From an uncultured virus (IMG/VR IMGVR_UViG_3300020180_000001) (lineage: Duplodnaviria; Heunggongvirae; Uroviricota; Caudoviricetes): a stretch of 64,000 nt of DNA. The DNA lies in IMG/VR virus record IMGVR_UViG_3300020180_000001; one strand, written 5' to 3'. The notes below the pieces were generated by a model that saw only the letters and a program-made list of their open reading frames with translations, was not told where the DNA came from and did not search any database. The number at the start of each line of letters is the position of its first letter. Position 1 is the stretch's first letter. The position numbers and the translations under genes are program-made. This document shows positions 10,742-19,820 of the stretch, piece after piece.

Positions 10742-11574
10742 TAGTTGTTAAATGTTATAGTAATTTCATCGTTTAAGCGACACCCTGCTAAAGTAACAGT
10801 TGCGCCTGAATAAGAGAATTGATTAACGGTAGGGCCGGATGCTACATAACGTAACTTAACCCCATTGCGGTAAACAGATATAGGATAGACTCCCCCTGCA
10901 GGTGCTATGGGTGTGTACCCGCTAATATTAAAAATAGTTTGATTTGATGTAGCAGTATAATACTGCTCAAAGTTTCTAAGTCCTCCTACAAGTACCCAAT
11001 CAGAAACTTCCCATCGATATAAAGGCCCGTCACCATCTTCTCCCATTGCTAAGAAGTAACCATCAATAATATTAAGACTGTTAGGAGGTGGTCCCGAAGC
11101 AGTATAGATAGCAACCTCATCTACGGCTTTTAATTCAGTTTCAATGTTTACTACATTATTATGTAGAAGTGTTTGTTGATTAGGATCAGTTATACCGGAT
11201 ATAAAAGGTGCAAGGTTATGGGCGGAGGGAGTATAGATTGCACCCTCCGTAACAGGTACCATAGACACTCCCGTAATACCATTGTTATTAATTCTAACAG
11301 TATAGTTAATAGAAGTGGTATTTACTACAACAGTGACAGGTAAATAGTAACCTACTCCGGCATCAGAGAAAAACACTATATCTCCTACCTGAATAGAAGT
11401 AGCATCCCAAAATCCAGTTTGATCAAAGAAAGTACCTGCTATCTCCCAATAACCAACTCCTGATCCGGTTTGAGCATTAATCTGCGTCCTCCCATAGAAG
11501 GGAGGCGATGATTGTACCTGAGCATAGATGGGGGAGGAGAGCACCAAAAAGAATAAAAAAATAATAATTTTCAT
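10741..11574 (-). CDS. Structural protein with signal peptide and YRNGV C-terminal domain
   Basis: MKIIIFLFFLVLSSPIYAQ; C-terminus is similar to that of 9881..10741. Confidence 0.55.
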   Translation of the reverse strand: MKIIIFLFFLVLSSPIYAQVQSSPPFYGRTQINAQTGSGVGYWEIAGTFFDQTGFWDATSIQVGDIVFFSDAGVGYYLPVTVVVNTTSINYTVRINNNGITGVSMVPVTEGAIYTPSAHNLAPFISGITDPNQQTLLHNNVVNIETELKAVDEVAIYTASGPPPNSLNIIDGYFLAMGEDGDGPLYRWEVSDWVLVGGLRNFEQYYTATSNQTIFNISGYTPIAPAGGVYPISVYRNGVKLRYVASGPTVNQFSYSGATVTLAGCRLNDEITITFNN

Positions 11575-13715
11575 ATGTTAGTGAATTTTAAGTGTCCTCC
11601 CTGAGCACCTGCTGTTAATCCTGAAATTCTAATAGTAATGGTACCGGATCCCACACCAACTATAGTAACAGCCGGATTGTTATCTATATCAATAGAAGCC
11701 GCATTGTTAAAGGCTAATGCCCCCGTAGAAGGTATCGCAGTTTTCTGTACAATGGGCACTCTCATATCATCTATGCCAGTGTTTCCTGTATTTGAATTAA
11801 GTACTACTCTAACCCATTGTGTAGTTACTCCGTCAGAAGCAGCCTGTATGTCCGCTGAGACGTATCTCCAGTCAACAGACATTATTCTTGTTGCTGCCGG
11901 AGGATTGCTCAGAGTCAACACTCCGCTGCTAAATGCTGCAGTTAAAGAGGGGGTAGTAGCAACCACCCGGAGTTTAGAATTAGTGTTTCCACTTGTTATG
12001 GGAATATCATATTCAAACATAACAGGAGGAGCAGTACTATATGAAAGTACCTCTGTCGAAGAATTGTAATGAACAATCTGAGATGAGGATAAAGATTTTA
12101 ACCCTTTAATAAAATGATCGGTAGAAGTAACCCCATAATTCTTTACGGGATTAATACCATCATTAGCAATCAACTCAGTTGATAAATGAGAGGGTATAAG
12201 TACCCCTGATTGAGCATCACCGAGTTGTTGTATAAACCGGGTTAAAGGCCCGTCTGCATCAACTCTGACCTCTGCTGCCTGAGTTGCGTTAGAGATGTGC
12301 TCCTGCCGTAAAAAAGATCCTAAAGATAAAGGAGTAGTTAGAGACAAGGTACCTTTAGACGCAGTTCCGTCATTAGCCTCAATGAACACAGAATCCATTT
12401 GAGTAAGCAGTAAATCATAGAGAGTAGCACCACTAATTGTAGTGTTTTCCGTAAGAGTACCTCCTAACTTAAACGGGGTAGAAGTAACACCAGTACCTGA
12501 AAGACCATTCGAGGATACCCCTAAAGCATCTAATTTAGTTTTATCCGCAGCAGACATTACACCTGCTAACGAAGATGTAGCCGGACTAAGAGTAGCATCC
12601 GTACCAGTATCTGAGGTAACTAAAACTGTCGTAGTAGTACGAGTAGATTCTGCTATGTTAGTTGATCCACCTCCACCACCACCACCAGTAACGTCTACAA
12701 CAAGAGTAGCCCCAATAGGAGTAAGGGCGACTGAAGCCCCTGTAAAGTTAATAGTAGAGAACTGCCCTGAAGTACCTACATTAGTAGCATCTTCCTGAAA
12801 TTGAATTTTACCTTGCTTTTCAGTATCTAATTCATTTAAAGCGGCTTGGAGATTGGTTGCTGAAATATTACCGGCAGGGATATTTGTAATCTCCGATCCA
12901 AGGTAAGAGAGCATTATCTTGACCTGTGAAGGAGTAAGATCCTCAGGAGTACCTAAAGTTACCGCACCTTTAATAGTAGAAGCAGGCATAGTGTTTAACT
13001 TAGCATTAGTCACTACACCATTATCTATAGTAAAAACAGTAGAAGTACCCGATACAGTTATATCTCCTTTATCTCCATCAGGCAAGCCCGAGGAATTTAA
13101 AGTAGCACCACTAATTGTTAAATTAGCACCCAGACTAATAGGTTGTATATCACCGGATGGACCTCGTCCTACCAATTGATTGTTAAGAACGAGCATATCC
13201 ACAGGGTCTCCCACAGTGCTTACATTACGAACCTTAACAGTGTTGGCAGGCATATCAGATAACTTTGTGTTGTTCACTGCATTAACTGATATAGTAGTTA
13301 CACCATCACTAACTGAGGTTACATCTCCGGAGTGGTTAGGATGGGTATAATTAGAGAGACTATCTAACTTTACTTTATCACTACCTGATAACAGACCTGC
13401 TAAAGTAGTAGTCGCAGCAGGTAATGTAACTCCAGTCCCATTAGAGTTACTAATAATGCGAGTGGTAAGAGTAACAGCACCTAAACTAAGATTGGATACG
13501 CCACTTCCACCAGTGGAAGCAAGTTCTCCGGAACCATTAATAAAAATGGAGGAAGAAAAAGGAGTAAAGGCTAATCCAGTTCCATCAAAACTTACTATAC
13601 CGGGAACATCTCCGCCTAAATACGCCAGTCTTCTGGTGTCATCAGTGACTACCCAGGAGAAAGGAAATTCAGACTTTCCTAATTGGTATTTACCAAAGAA
13701 ATTATTATATTCCAT
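11571..13715 (-). CDS. Tail fibre protein
   Basis: Fibre motifs AGLLSGSDKVKLD, YTHPNHSGDVTS, DGDKGDITVS, ATNLQAALNELD; start likely MEYNN at 13715; no signal peptide. Confidence 0.7.
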   Translation of the reverse strand: MEYNNFFGKYQLGKSEFPFSWVVTDDTRRLAYLGGDVPGIVSFDGTGLAFTPFSSSIFINGSGELASTGGSGVSNLSLGAVTLTTRIISNSNGTGVTLPAATTTLAGLLSGSDKVKLDSLSNYTHPNHSGDVTSVSDGVTTISVNAVNNTKLSDMPANTVKVRNVSTVGDPVDMLVLNNQLVGRGPSGDIQPISLGANLTISGATLNSSGLPDGDKGDITVSGTSTVFTIDNGVVTNAKLNTMPASTIKGAVTLGTPEDLTPSQVKIMLSYLGSEITNIPAGNISATNLQAALNELDTEKQGKIQFQEDATNVGTSGQFSTINFTGASVALTPIGATLVVDVTGGGGGGGSTNIAESTRTTTTVLVTSDTGTDATLSPATSSLAGVMSAADKTKLDALGVSSNGLSGTGVTSTPFKLGGTLTENTTISGATLYDLLLTQMDSVFIEANDGTASKGTLSLTTPLSLGSFLRQEHISNATQAAEVRVDADGPLTRFIQQLGDAQSGVLIPSHLSTELIANDGINPVKNYGVTSTDHFIKGLKSLSSSQIVHYNSSTEVLSYSTAPPVMFEYDIPITSGNTNSKLRVVATTPSLTAAFSSGVLTLSNPPAATRIMSVDWRYVSADIQAASDGVTTQWVRVVLNSNTGNTGIDDMRVPIVQKTAIPSTGALAFNNAASIDIDNNPAVTIVGVGSGTITIRISGLTAGAQGGHLKFTNI

Positions 13716-13723
13716 AGTTGTAC

Positions 13724-13756
13724 AAATAAAAAAGGCCACATTTTACAGTGGCCTTT
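13724..13756 (-). terminator. Rho-independent terminator after the capsid-associated operon
   Basis: Minus strand AAAGGCCAC-TGTAAAAT-GTGGCCTTT followed by a T-rich tail. Confidence 0.7.
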
Positions 13757-13760
13757 AGTT

Positions 13761-15074
13761 TTAGATAGTAATGATAGCCTGATTGTCACCAGAAGTTAAC
13801 CACGTATTTAAAAGAGTTTCAAGATTTGTCTGCAAAGTTGTATCTGCAGTAGGTATGAGAACTATTTCTTTAAGTGGAGAATAAATCATGTTAAAACTGT
13901 CGGGTTGGAAAGAATTACCATGATGTACTACGTACGTAGTGTAAGTAGCATTCACATTTACGGGAGAAGGATATTCAGGATTAACCGCATCTATAGTATG
14001 ACGTAAGTTGTACTTACGCTGTCCCTGAGTAGCACGGTAAAGTAGATCTAAAGATCTGCCGGAACCCTGACCTTCATCAGGAGTAGAAACTTTATCAATG
14101 CTAAGTTGTGGATGAAGTCCTTCAGTTGCACCAACACGAATGTCAGTTTTCAATTGGGGGATATAATCAATGAACGCTGTTCTATGATCCAAGCCTATCA
14201 AAAGAATCGTTTCTGTGTTAGCAGCAGTACCCGCAGTAGCAAGGTCTACAAGGCTTACATAAGTATAAGGACCTGCGGCAGCCGCCAGAGTGATAGCAGC
14301 CAGTATTCCGGGGGTTACAAATATTGATCTTGCACCGGAAGGAGTATTCATTATCGGCAGGATGCTGTTTGCAGTGATCGAAGAGATGAGTACACCAGCA
14401 GTATTACCTAAGCCGATAGCAGCAAGAGGAGCACGTCCTCTACGTATATTAGGAGAGATAATGCCAGCGGAACTACCATTAAGTTCTACAATCAAATTAG
14501 AATTGATCCAATCAATTGGTTGTGCAATTGCTGTATATGCAGCCCCCAGAGGAGTGCGTATAGTAGATATGATGCTAACTCCCTGTTGTCCAGAAAAGAA
14601 CTCTTCTGTTCTAAAAGAACTAAAGGCCACTTTAAGTGTATAGTCTGTATCAGAAGCAGGAATTATTTTACCTGAAGTAGCGGCAGTAGGTTTGCCTACA
14701 ATAACTGCTGCGTTGCGATCTGCACGGAATACCTGTTTGGTAACCTGTACATTCGTCTTACCGATAATTGGCATCGACACTTCGTAAGGACGAGGTGTAA
14801 GTGGATACCTGGTAGCAGAGAGGGAAGGTGCTGCAGAATCCCCCGTTCCCTGATAGATCAAAATAGTAGGGGAAGAATCAATTGTAGCGGAAGTGGGGAG
14901 GAAAGTATTTCGAGCGGCAGTTCCATAATCAGAACCTGCAGCAACACCGATTTGACCATTAGCCAAATCTACTGCACCGGAAGAAAGATTTACCTGACTT
15001 GCTACTTTAAGAGTAGTACCTGTAGTTGCTACTATAAAACTTTCTACAGGACGTTTGTTATTTACGTTTACCAT
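13761..15074 (-). CDS. Auxiliary capsid/structural protein (crAss gene 73-like)
   Basis: 437 aa; PDEGQGSG...L.Y...GQRKY...YP..V..NATY C-terminal pattern; position after the gene 74-like ring gene. Confidence 0.55.
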   Translation of the reverse strand: MVNVNNKRPVESFIVATTGTTLKVASQVNLSSGAVDLANGQIGVAAGSDYGTAARNTFLPTSATIDSSPTILIYQGTGDSAAPSLSATRYPLTPRPYEVSMPIIGKTNVQVTKQVFRADRNAAVIVGKPTAATSGKIIPASDTDYTLKVAFSSFRTEEFFSGQQGVSIISTIRTPLGAAYTAIAQPIDWINSNLIVELNGSSAGIISPNIRRGRAPLAAIGLGNTAGVLISSITANSILPIMNTPSGARSIFVTPGILAAITLAAAAGPYTYVSLVDLATAGTAANTETILLIGLDHRTAFIDYIPQLKTDIRVGATEGLHPQLSIDKVSTPDEGQGSGRSLDLLYRATQGQRKYNLRHTIDAVNPEYPSPVNVNATYTTYVVHHGNSFQPDSFNMIYSPLKEIVLIPTADTTLQTNLETLLNTWLTSGDNQAIITI

Positions 15075-15802
15075 TATTCGTGTATATTTAATTTCGATAA
15101 TTTGATCTGTACATCATTTGGATTTTCAAGTGCCATTGCCGCAAGCGTCACTGCAATATTGACAATCTGCTGATGTACATTAGAGGAGACTTCAAAAGTA
15201 TTCTCAGGGTACTTAACACCATCTAAATAAGTGTAGTTTCCGGTAGATACTTTAGAAGGGTATTTTATATAACCAAGTTTTAATTTAGTTACTTCTAATT
15301 TAGAGTGTAATAATAAAGACGGAGTGCCATCTAAAGATCTTCCAAATGTTGCTTTCACACCATTATAATCTTTAGAATCAAAAGGATCATTAAATCCTTC
15401 TTCTAAGGTATCATTACTATAAATTCTAATTGGGCTTTCATACTGACAATCAACACCCTGTGTCGTAGCAACTCCCGATATAAAATGTAAGTACGGGTAT
15501 TGTAGACTGTTTAACTTTACCTCGTAGACAGGGACTCCGTCAACAGATAATAACAGGGGAATAATTAAAGGTTGGAGAGGGTAAGTAATTGTTAGTGTGG
15601 ATAGATCATCTATCCTTACCTGAGACTGTTCAAAGCCTTTCTGGTATTTATTAGACATAGGGTTGTACCTTTGGTTAATGAACATCAGAAAGGCCTCGTT
15701 CAAGAAATAATCTACTTCAGCCTCATTGAAATCAGGTTTAGAAGAAGTATCTACTCTATCATAAGATAACTTAAAATGATAGTGCGCTTCTTTTACAGTC
15801 AT
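15074..15802 (-). CDS. Tail ring protein (crAss gene 74-like)
   Basis: HYHFKLSYDRVD...PDFNEAEVDYFLNEA, GFEQSQ.RIDDL, YIKYP, HQQIVNIAV. Confidence 0.75.
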   Translation of the reverse strand: MTVKEAHYHFKLSYDRVDTSSKPDFNEAEVDYFLNEAFLMFINQRYNPMSNKYQKGFEQSQVRIDDLSTLTITYPLQPLIIPLLLSVDGVPVYEVKLNSLQYPYLHFISGVATTQGVDCQYESPIRIYSNDTLEEGFNDPFDSKDYNGVKATFGRSLDGTPSLLLHSKLEVTKLKLGYIKYPSKVSTGNYTYLDGVKYPENTFEVSSNVHQQIVNIAVTLAAMALENPNDVQIKLSKLNIHE

Positions 15803-16764
15803 TGTGATTGTTTGATTGCCTGTATAATTTCTTCAACCTCTTTTTGTTTTTTCGGAGAGAGAATAAATTCTACAGCGTCCTCTAACCGGTCGCCTATCGT
15901 AAGTGGGGAATTGGGTCTGTTCCAGATATATGATCCTTGCTTTTCGTAAATGATCCTACGGTCGATTGCCTGCTGAATTATAAAACGAGCCTCAAACTGT
16001 TCTTTAGTAACAGCCTGTTCTAACATAGCCCTTAAAGCCAATAGTTTACTAATCGAGCCATCGGGAGTAAAAGAAGAGTGTTCGATAGCCTCAAATAAGA
16101 CATTATGCAATTGCTGCATAGTCAGATTTGATTTACTATTAACAATGCCAAGCAGAGTAGCCAGTTTTCGTTTAGTATCATCTGTAATAGCAGCATCATG
16201 AAGGATAGCCATAGCCTTTGTTTTCATGAAGGATCTGGCATACTTAATCTCCTCTCCTTCATTTTCAATTGCTATATAATATAATGCCTTGGGTGCTTTA
16301 TGTGCTCTCCAATCTTTTTCAGAATTGGCTACAAAAGAGGATGCTAACATTACGTAGTATCCCATCTCTTCATCCATGTTATCCAAAGAAAAAGGTGTAG
16401 CACCATCGTTCATCTTCCAGCCTTTACTTTGAAAGTAAGTAAGTTCTGTAGGATTGTCTGATGCTTTTACAGCCTGATTTGTAAAGAACCCTTTAGGCTT
16501 ATTCCACTTCTGCTCAAAATACTCCTGAAGCATTAGAGGATTACCTGAAGCATCAAGTACTGGTTTATTATCTCTTAACCAGGGAGTGTAAGAAATATGA
16601 TTAGCAAGCCCTCCTACTTTAGGAGAGTACAGTGCACGGATAGTATCCTTACACTTGCCTACTTTTGTTTTCGATAGTTTTTTCCCGGAGGAATCATTCG
16701 CCCATTCAGAAATCCCCAAAGCGGACGTGCGGGGTATAGAGTATATAAATACTAAGTTTGTCAT
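15799..16764 (-). CDS. Conserved crAss-like protein (gene 75-like)
   Basis: 321 aa downstream of the MCP; C-terminal IGDRLEDAVEFILSPKKQ. Confidence 0.6.
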   Translation of the reverse strand: MTNLVFIYSIPRTSALGISEWANDSSGKKLSKTKVGKCKDTIRALYSPKVGGLANHISYTPWLRDNKPVLDASGNPLMLQEYFEQKWNKPKGFFTNQAVKASDNPTELTYFQSKGWKMNDGATPFSLDNMDEEMGYYVMLASSFVANSEKDWRAHKAPKALYYIAIENEGEEIKYARSFMKTKAMAILHDAAITDDTKRKLATLLGIVNSKSNLTMQQLHNVLFEAIEHSSFTPDGSISKLLALRAMLEQAVTKEQFEARFIIQQAIDRRIIYEKQGSYIWNRPNSPLTIGDRLEDAVEFILSPKKQKEVEEIIQAIKQSQ

Positions 16765-16769
16765 AAACT

Positions 16770-17018
16770 TTAGACCTCGTAAGAAGTTTTATACGAGAAT
16801 TTGAAATACAAAATAAAAATTGTTAATAGTATAATCTGACAACTGATACCAAGAGTTGGTAAGTTCAGTGCTCCAATTATACTAAGTATGAAGACTAACC
16901 GTATTAAAAAATACTGCCTTCGATGTGTACTGTCTGGTAATGGCAATCTTCTTTGCAGAAAGAAAATGACTAATATGCTATAAATTAGCGCCAGGATCAG
17001 ATTTATTGCTTCTAACAT
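16770..17018 (-). CDS. Small membrane protein
   Basis: 82 aa with 2-3 hydrophobic segments, next to the holin-like gene. Confidence 0.5.
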   Translation of the reverse strand: MLEAINLILALIYSILVIFFLQRRLPLPDSTHRRQYFLIRLVFILSIIGALNLPTLGISCQIILLTIFILYFKFSYKTSYEV

Positions 17019-17295
17019 ACCGTAATAATATATGAGGATTAGATTTAAGTTTATCTAAAACTGCGGCTACAATAGCCATAGTCTTCATGGATAGGAGTCC
17101 CGTAATAAATGTTATTCCAGACGTATAATTCTCACCTAAACTAAAGTGTGACAGTATCATGGAGTGTGTAAACACCGCAGTGGCTGTACCAGAGAAAGTG
17201 AGAATTAAGGCTCTTACAAATGAAAGTTTATTTTCAAATACCAAAGAGGATACTGCCCCGGAAAAGGCTGTTATTAAAAGACTTAATTTAATCAT
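16978..17295 (-). CDS. Putative holin
   Basis: 105 aa, three TM-like segments (AFSGAVSSL; SGTATAVF; FITGLLSM), basic tail. Confidence 0.55.
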   Translation of the reverse strand: MIKLSLLITAFSGAVSSLVFENKLSFVRALILTFSGTATAVFTHSMILSHFSLGENYTSGITFITGLLSMKTMAIVAAVLDKLKSNPHILLRYVRSNKSDPGANL

Positions 17296-18767
17296 TAGTT
17301 TTCAAATGAAGGGATAAGTTCCCCACAGCGAGTGATATCACGAATAAACAGTCCGGCAGATCCTTCAGTAAAGCGATCATATCCAGCCTTCAGCGCAGTA
17401 ACCATCCCACCTTGTACCGGCCCGTTAGGACCTACAGTTCCGAGAGTATAACCGTGACGGAACGTATCTTTCTGTTTCAACACCATCATATTATTTTGAC
17501 CTTCAGAAGAACCCAAATCAAGGAATGTCATACGAGCAGAGTCGATAGGCATATCCGGATAATCAGGATGGAAGATCTTACAGTTAGTAGTAGAGTCATA
17601 AGAAGGGTTAACAACCACGTCTACAACTACCCCAAGTGCTCCATAATAACGAGTATACTCAGCGCCAAAAGCAAGATGAGGTACTTCAGTAGGAGATGCA
17701 ATTTTATGCTGGAACAGGGTATCTACGTTAAGAAATCCTGATGCTGCACGAGTCATTGCATTGTGGAACATCAGACGGCCCAAAGAACCAGTCATCAATA
17801 CCACTTTACGGTTGGTTTCATCTTCCCGAGAGAAGAAGATTGACATTAAGAAGTCTTGTAGCAAATTCGTAGTCAACGGGCCGGAGAAATAATCCTGCCA
17901 GGAATCCTTCATTTGTTCACGCATGCCGGAACCAGTTGCAACCCAGTATCCGGTACGACCTGGAAACTTAGATCTTTTACCATGTACCAACTGAGTTTCT
18001 ATGGAACGATAAAGGGTCTCCCACATCTTGCTTTCATAGTAAGGCATAAAACGACTTACTTTTTTAGTAGAACCAGCCGCATCAGTAGATAGGAAATCAA
18101 AGCCTAATCTACCTTCTTCCCGCATTGCTTTATCAGTAACAGTAAGTTTCTGAGCAAAGAAAGAAATGTAGTTTTCTAACATGAAAGATCCGGCTGCCTG
18201 TTGGGTACCGAACTCATCATTATACTCAGATGCAGTAGAAGTCCAACCTTTAGACCATTGACGGCCTGGTTGCAAATACTTAGGATCTAAGAATGCGTCA
18301 GGCTTGTCAGTCTGTAAGCGAAGAGTGTAGACGTAACCTGTACCATCCTGAAGAGGTCCATCTATTATTGCACATGGATATTCATTGTCTTCAGGAAGAA
18401 GCACGTCTGGCTTAGAGAAATAATCTAAGTCAAGTTTTACACGGAAAGTAGTAAAATTCATTCCGGGAGTTACAGAAGACTCAACTGACTCGATGGAACG
18501 AGCATTTTTCTCTTCTGCACCGGCAAGCCTCCAGCGATAGAACTCGGATTCAATTTCCATTGTTCCATTAGGTTTACCCATTGTCATGCCTAACAGAGGC
18601 TTGAGGGTAGTAAATTGGGTTTGCGCAGAGTAGATGCGTGCAAGTGTGTTCTGAAATACGTGGGGTGCTCCTGCATCATAAGAAGCGCCAAGGTATTGTG
18701 AATCTACAAAGTTACCGCCGAAACCGGCGTAATGTTTAATTATTAAAGATGATTGTGGGTATGCCAT
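17295..18767 (-). CDS. Major capsid protein (crAss-like)
   Basis: 490 aa; YRWRL, DGTGYVYTLRL, SE.NDE.G, TGSGMREQ, VLMTG..G, RMTFLD, IRDITRCGEL motifs of crAss-like MCPs. Confidence 0.85.
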   Translation of the reverse strand: MAYPQSSLIIKHYAGFGGNFVDSQYLGASYDAGAPHVFQNTLARIYSAQTQFTTLKPLLGMTMGKPNGTMEIESEFYRWRLAGAEEKNARSIESVESSVTPGMNFTTFRVKLDLDYFSKPDVLLPEDNEYPCAIIDGPLQDGTGYVYTLRLQTDKPDAFLDPKYLQPGRQWSKGWTSTASEYNDEFGTQQAAGSFMLENYISFFAQKLTVTDKAMREEGRLGFDFLSTDAAGSTKKVSRFMPYYESKMWETLYRSIETQLVHGKRSKFPGRTGYWVATGSGMREQMKDSWQDYFSGPLTTNLLQDFLMSIFFSREDETNRKVVLMTGSLGRLMFHNAMTRAASGFLNVDTLFQHKIASPTEVPHLAFGAEYTRYYGALGVVVDVVVNPSYDSTTNCKIFHPDYPDMPIDSARMTFLDLGSSEGQNNMMVLKQKDTFRHGYTLGTVGPNGPVQGGMVTALKAGYDRFTEGSAGLFIRDITRCGELIPSFEN

Positions 18768-18768
18768 T

Positions 18769-19716
18769 TTATATGTTCAGATAATCTTCCCAATTAAAAT
18801 CTTCTTTTAACGGGGCTTGATTCGATTTATTTGTCTTAGTAGTGGCTGTGGAAAGAAGGGTGCGTAAACTCTGATTTGCTTTAGAAGCGCCCTTAGTTTC
18901 AAAGCGTGCGAAGTCGATTCCTTTTTTAGGATCGTAGTTAATTAGTACGTCTGCCAACTGTATAGTATGCGCAGGGTTAGTTAGAATAGAAGAAACTACT
19001 TTAGAAAATTCTGTAGTAGTTCCTTCAGGAGAGTAGACTTCATTAAAAAAGAAGCCTTTCAATTTGTTTTTATATTTGGTATCAGTAGTATACTCCTCTA
19101 TAGTAGAGTTCAACTTATTGATAGTATCTGTTCGAGAGGCTTCTTGTGAGAGCCGATCGTTTTCAAGTTTTTGAGTTAGAAGGGACTGCTTACTGCCTGC
19201 AAGTTCTTTGAGGCCTGCTAAAGCATCTGTAGCCTCTGCTAATAATTCGTCAGGATCGTCAATCTTAGCAATTAAAGTATTAATCTTAGTATCAGAAAGT
19301 GACGTAGTCGCCTTATAATAATTAAAGAGTGTTTCCTTTTGATTAACTTCTGTATCAATATTATGCTTTGTACTACCAGATACTTCTGAAATGGAAGTTC
19401 CACCTTTAAGAGCATAATCAACCACTGCTCTCATCTCCTCATTAACTGAGGCAAGTATAGTAGTAGTTGCTTCCCTTAGAACATTCTTTTTGGTAGCAGC
19501 AATTGCAGCCCTAAAAGATTCTTCTGTGTTCTCAAATACAAAGTCATCAGCAATCCTGAGTACACCCTCATCCATTAATAAATCATAATAAGGAGTGTAG
19601 TCAAAGGTTGTAGAATCTTCGACAGGGGTATCGACATGGGTATCAATGGGGCTATTATCCGTAAAGATAATATCATTATTAGGGTCAATATAAGAATTAT
19701 TGTTTGTTTGTGGCAT
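18769..19716 (-). CDS. Acidic protein between portal and MCP (gene 77-like, putative scaffold)
   Basis: Acidic N-terminus, helical; conserved position. Confidence 0.55.
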   Translation of the reverse strand: MPQTNNNSYIDPNNDIIFTDNSPIDTHVDTPVEDSTTFDYTPYYDLLMDEGVLRIADDFVFENTEESFRAAIAATKKNVLREATTTILASVNEEMRAVVDYALKGGTSISEVSGSTKHNIDTEVNQKETLFNYYKATTSLSDTKINTLIAKIDDPDELLAEATDALAGLKELAGSKQSLLTQKLENDRLSQEASRTDTINKLNSTIEEYTTDTKYKNKLKGFFFNEVYSPEGTTTEFSKVVSSILTNPAHTIQLADVLINYDPKKGIDFARFETKGASKANQSLRTLLSTATTKTNKSNQAPLKEDFNWEDYLNI

Positions 19717-19740
19717 CTGTATGGCTTAAATTAATTTATT

Positions 19741-19818
19741 CATGCGTAAGTACAGTATATTCATGCGTAAGTATACCTTATTTATGAATAAGTATACCTT
19801 ATCTATAAGGTAAGTACA
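19741..19818. repeat. ~21 bp degenerate tandem repeat, about 4 copies (core TAAGTA)
   Basis: catgcgtaagtacagtatatt / catgcgtaagtataccttatt / tatgaataagtataccttatc / tataaggtaagtac. Confidence 0.75.
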
Positions 19819-19820
19819 AC

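Noticed and set aside
5213..14643. Many plus-strand ORFs over the structural module (and minus-strand ORFs such as 40286..40927)
   Set aside because: Antisense shadows of real genes caused by codon bias or low-complexity repeats; no motifs or leaders.
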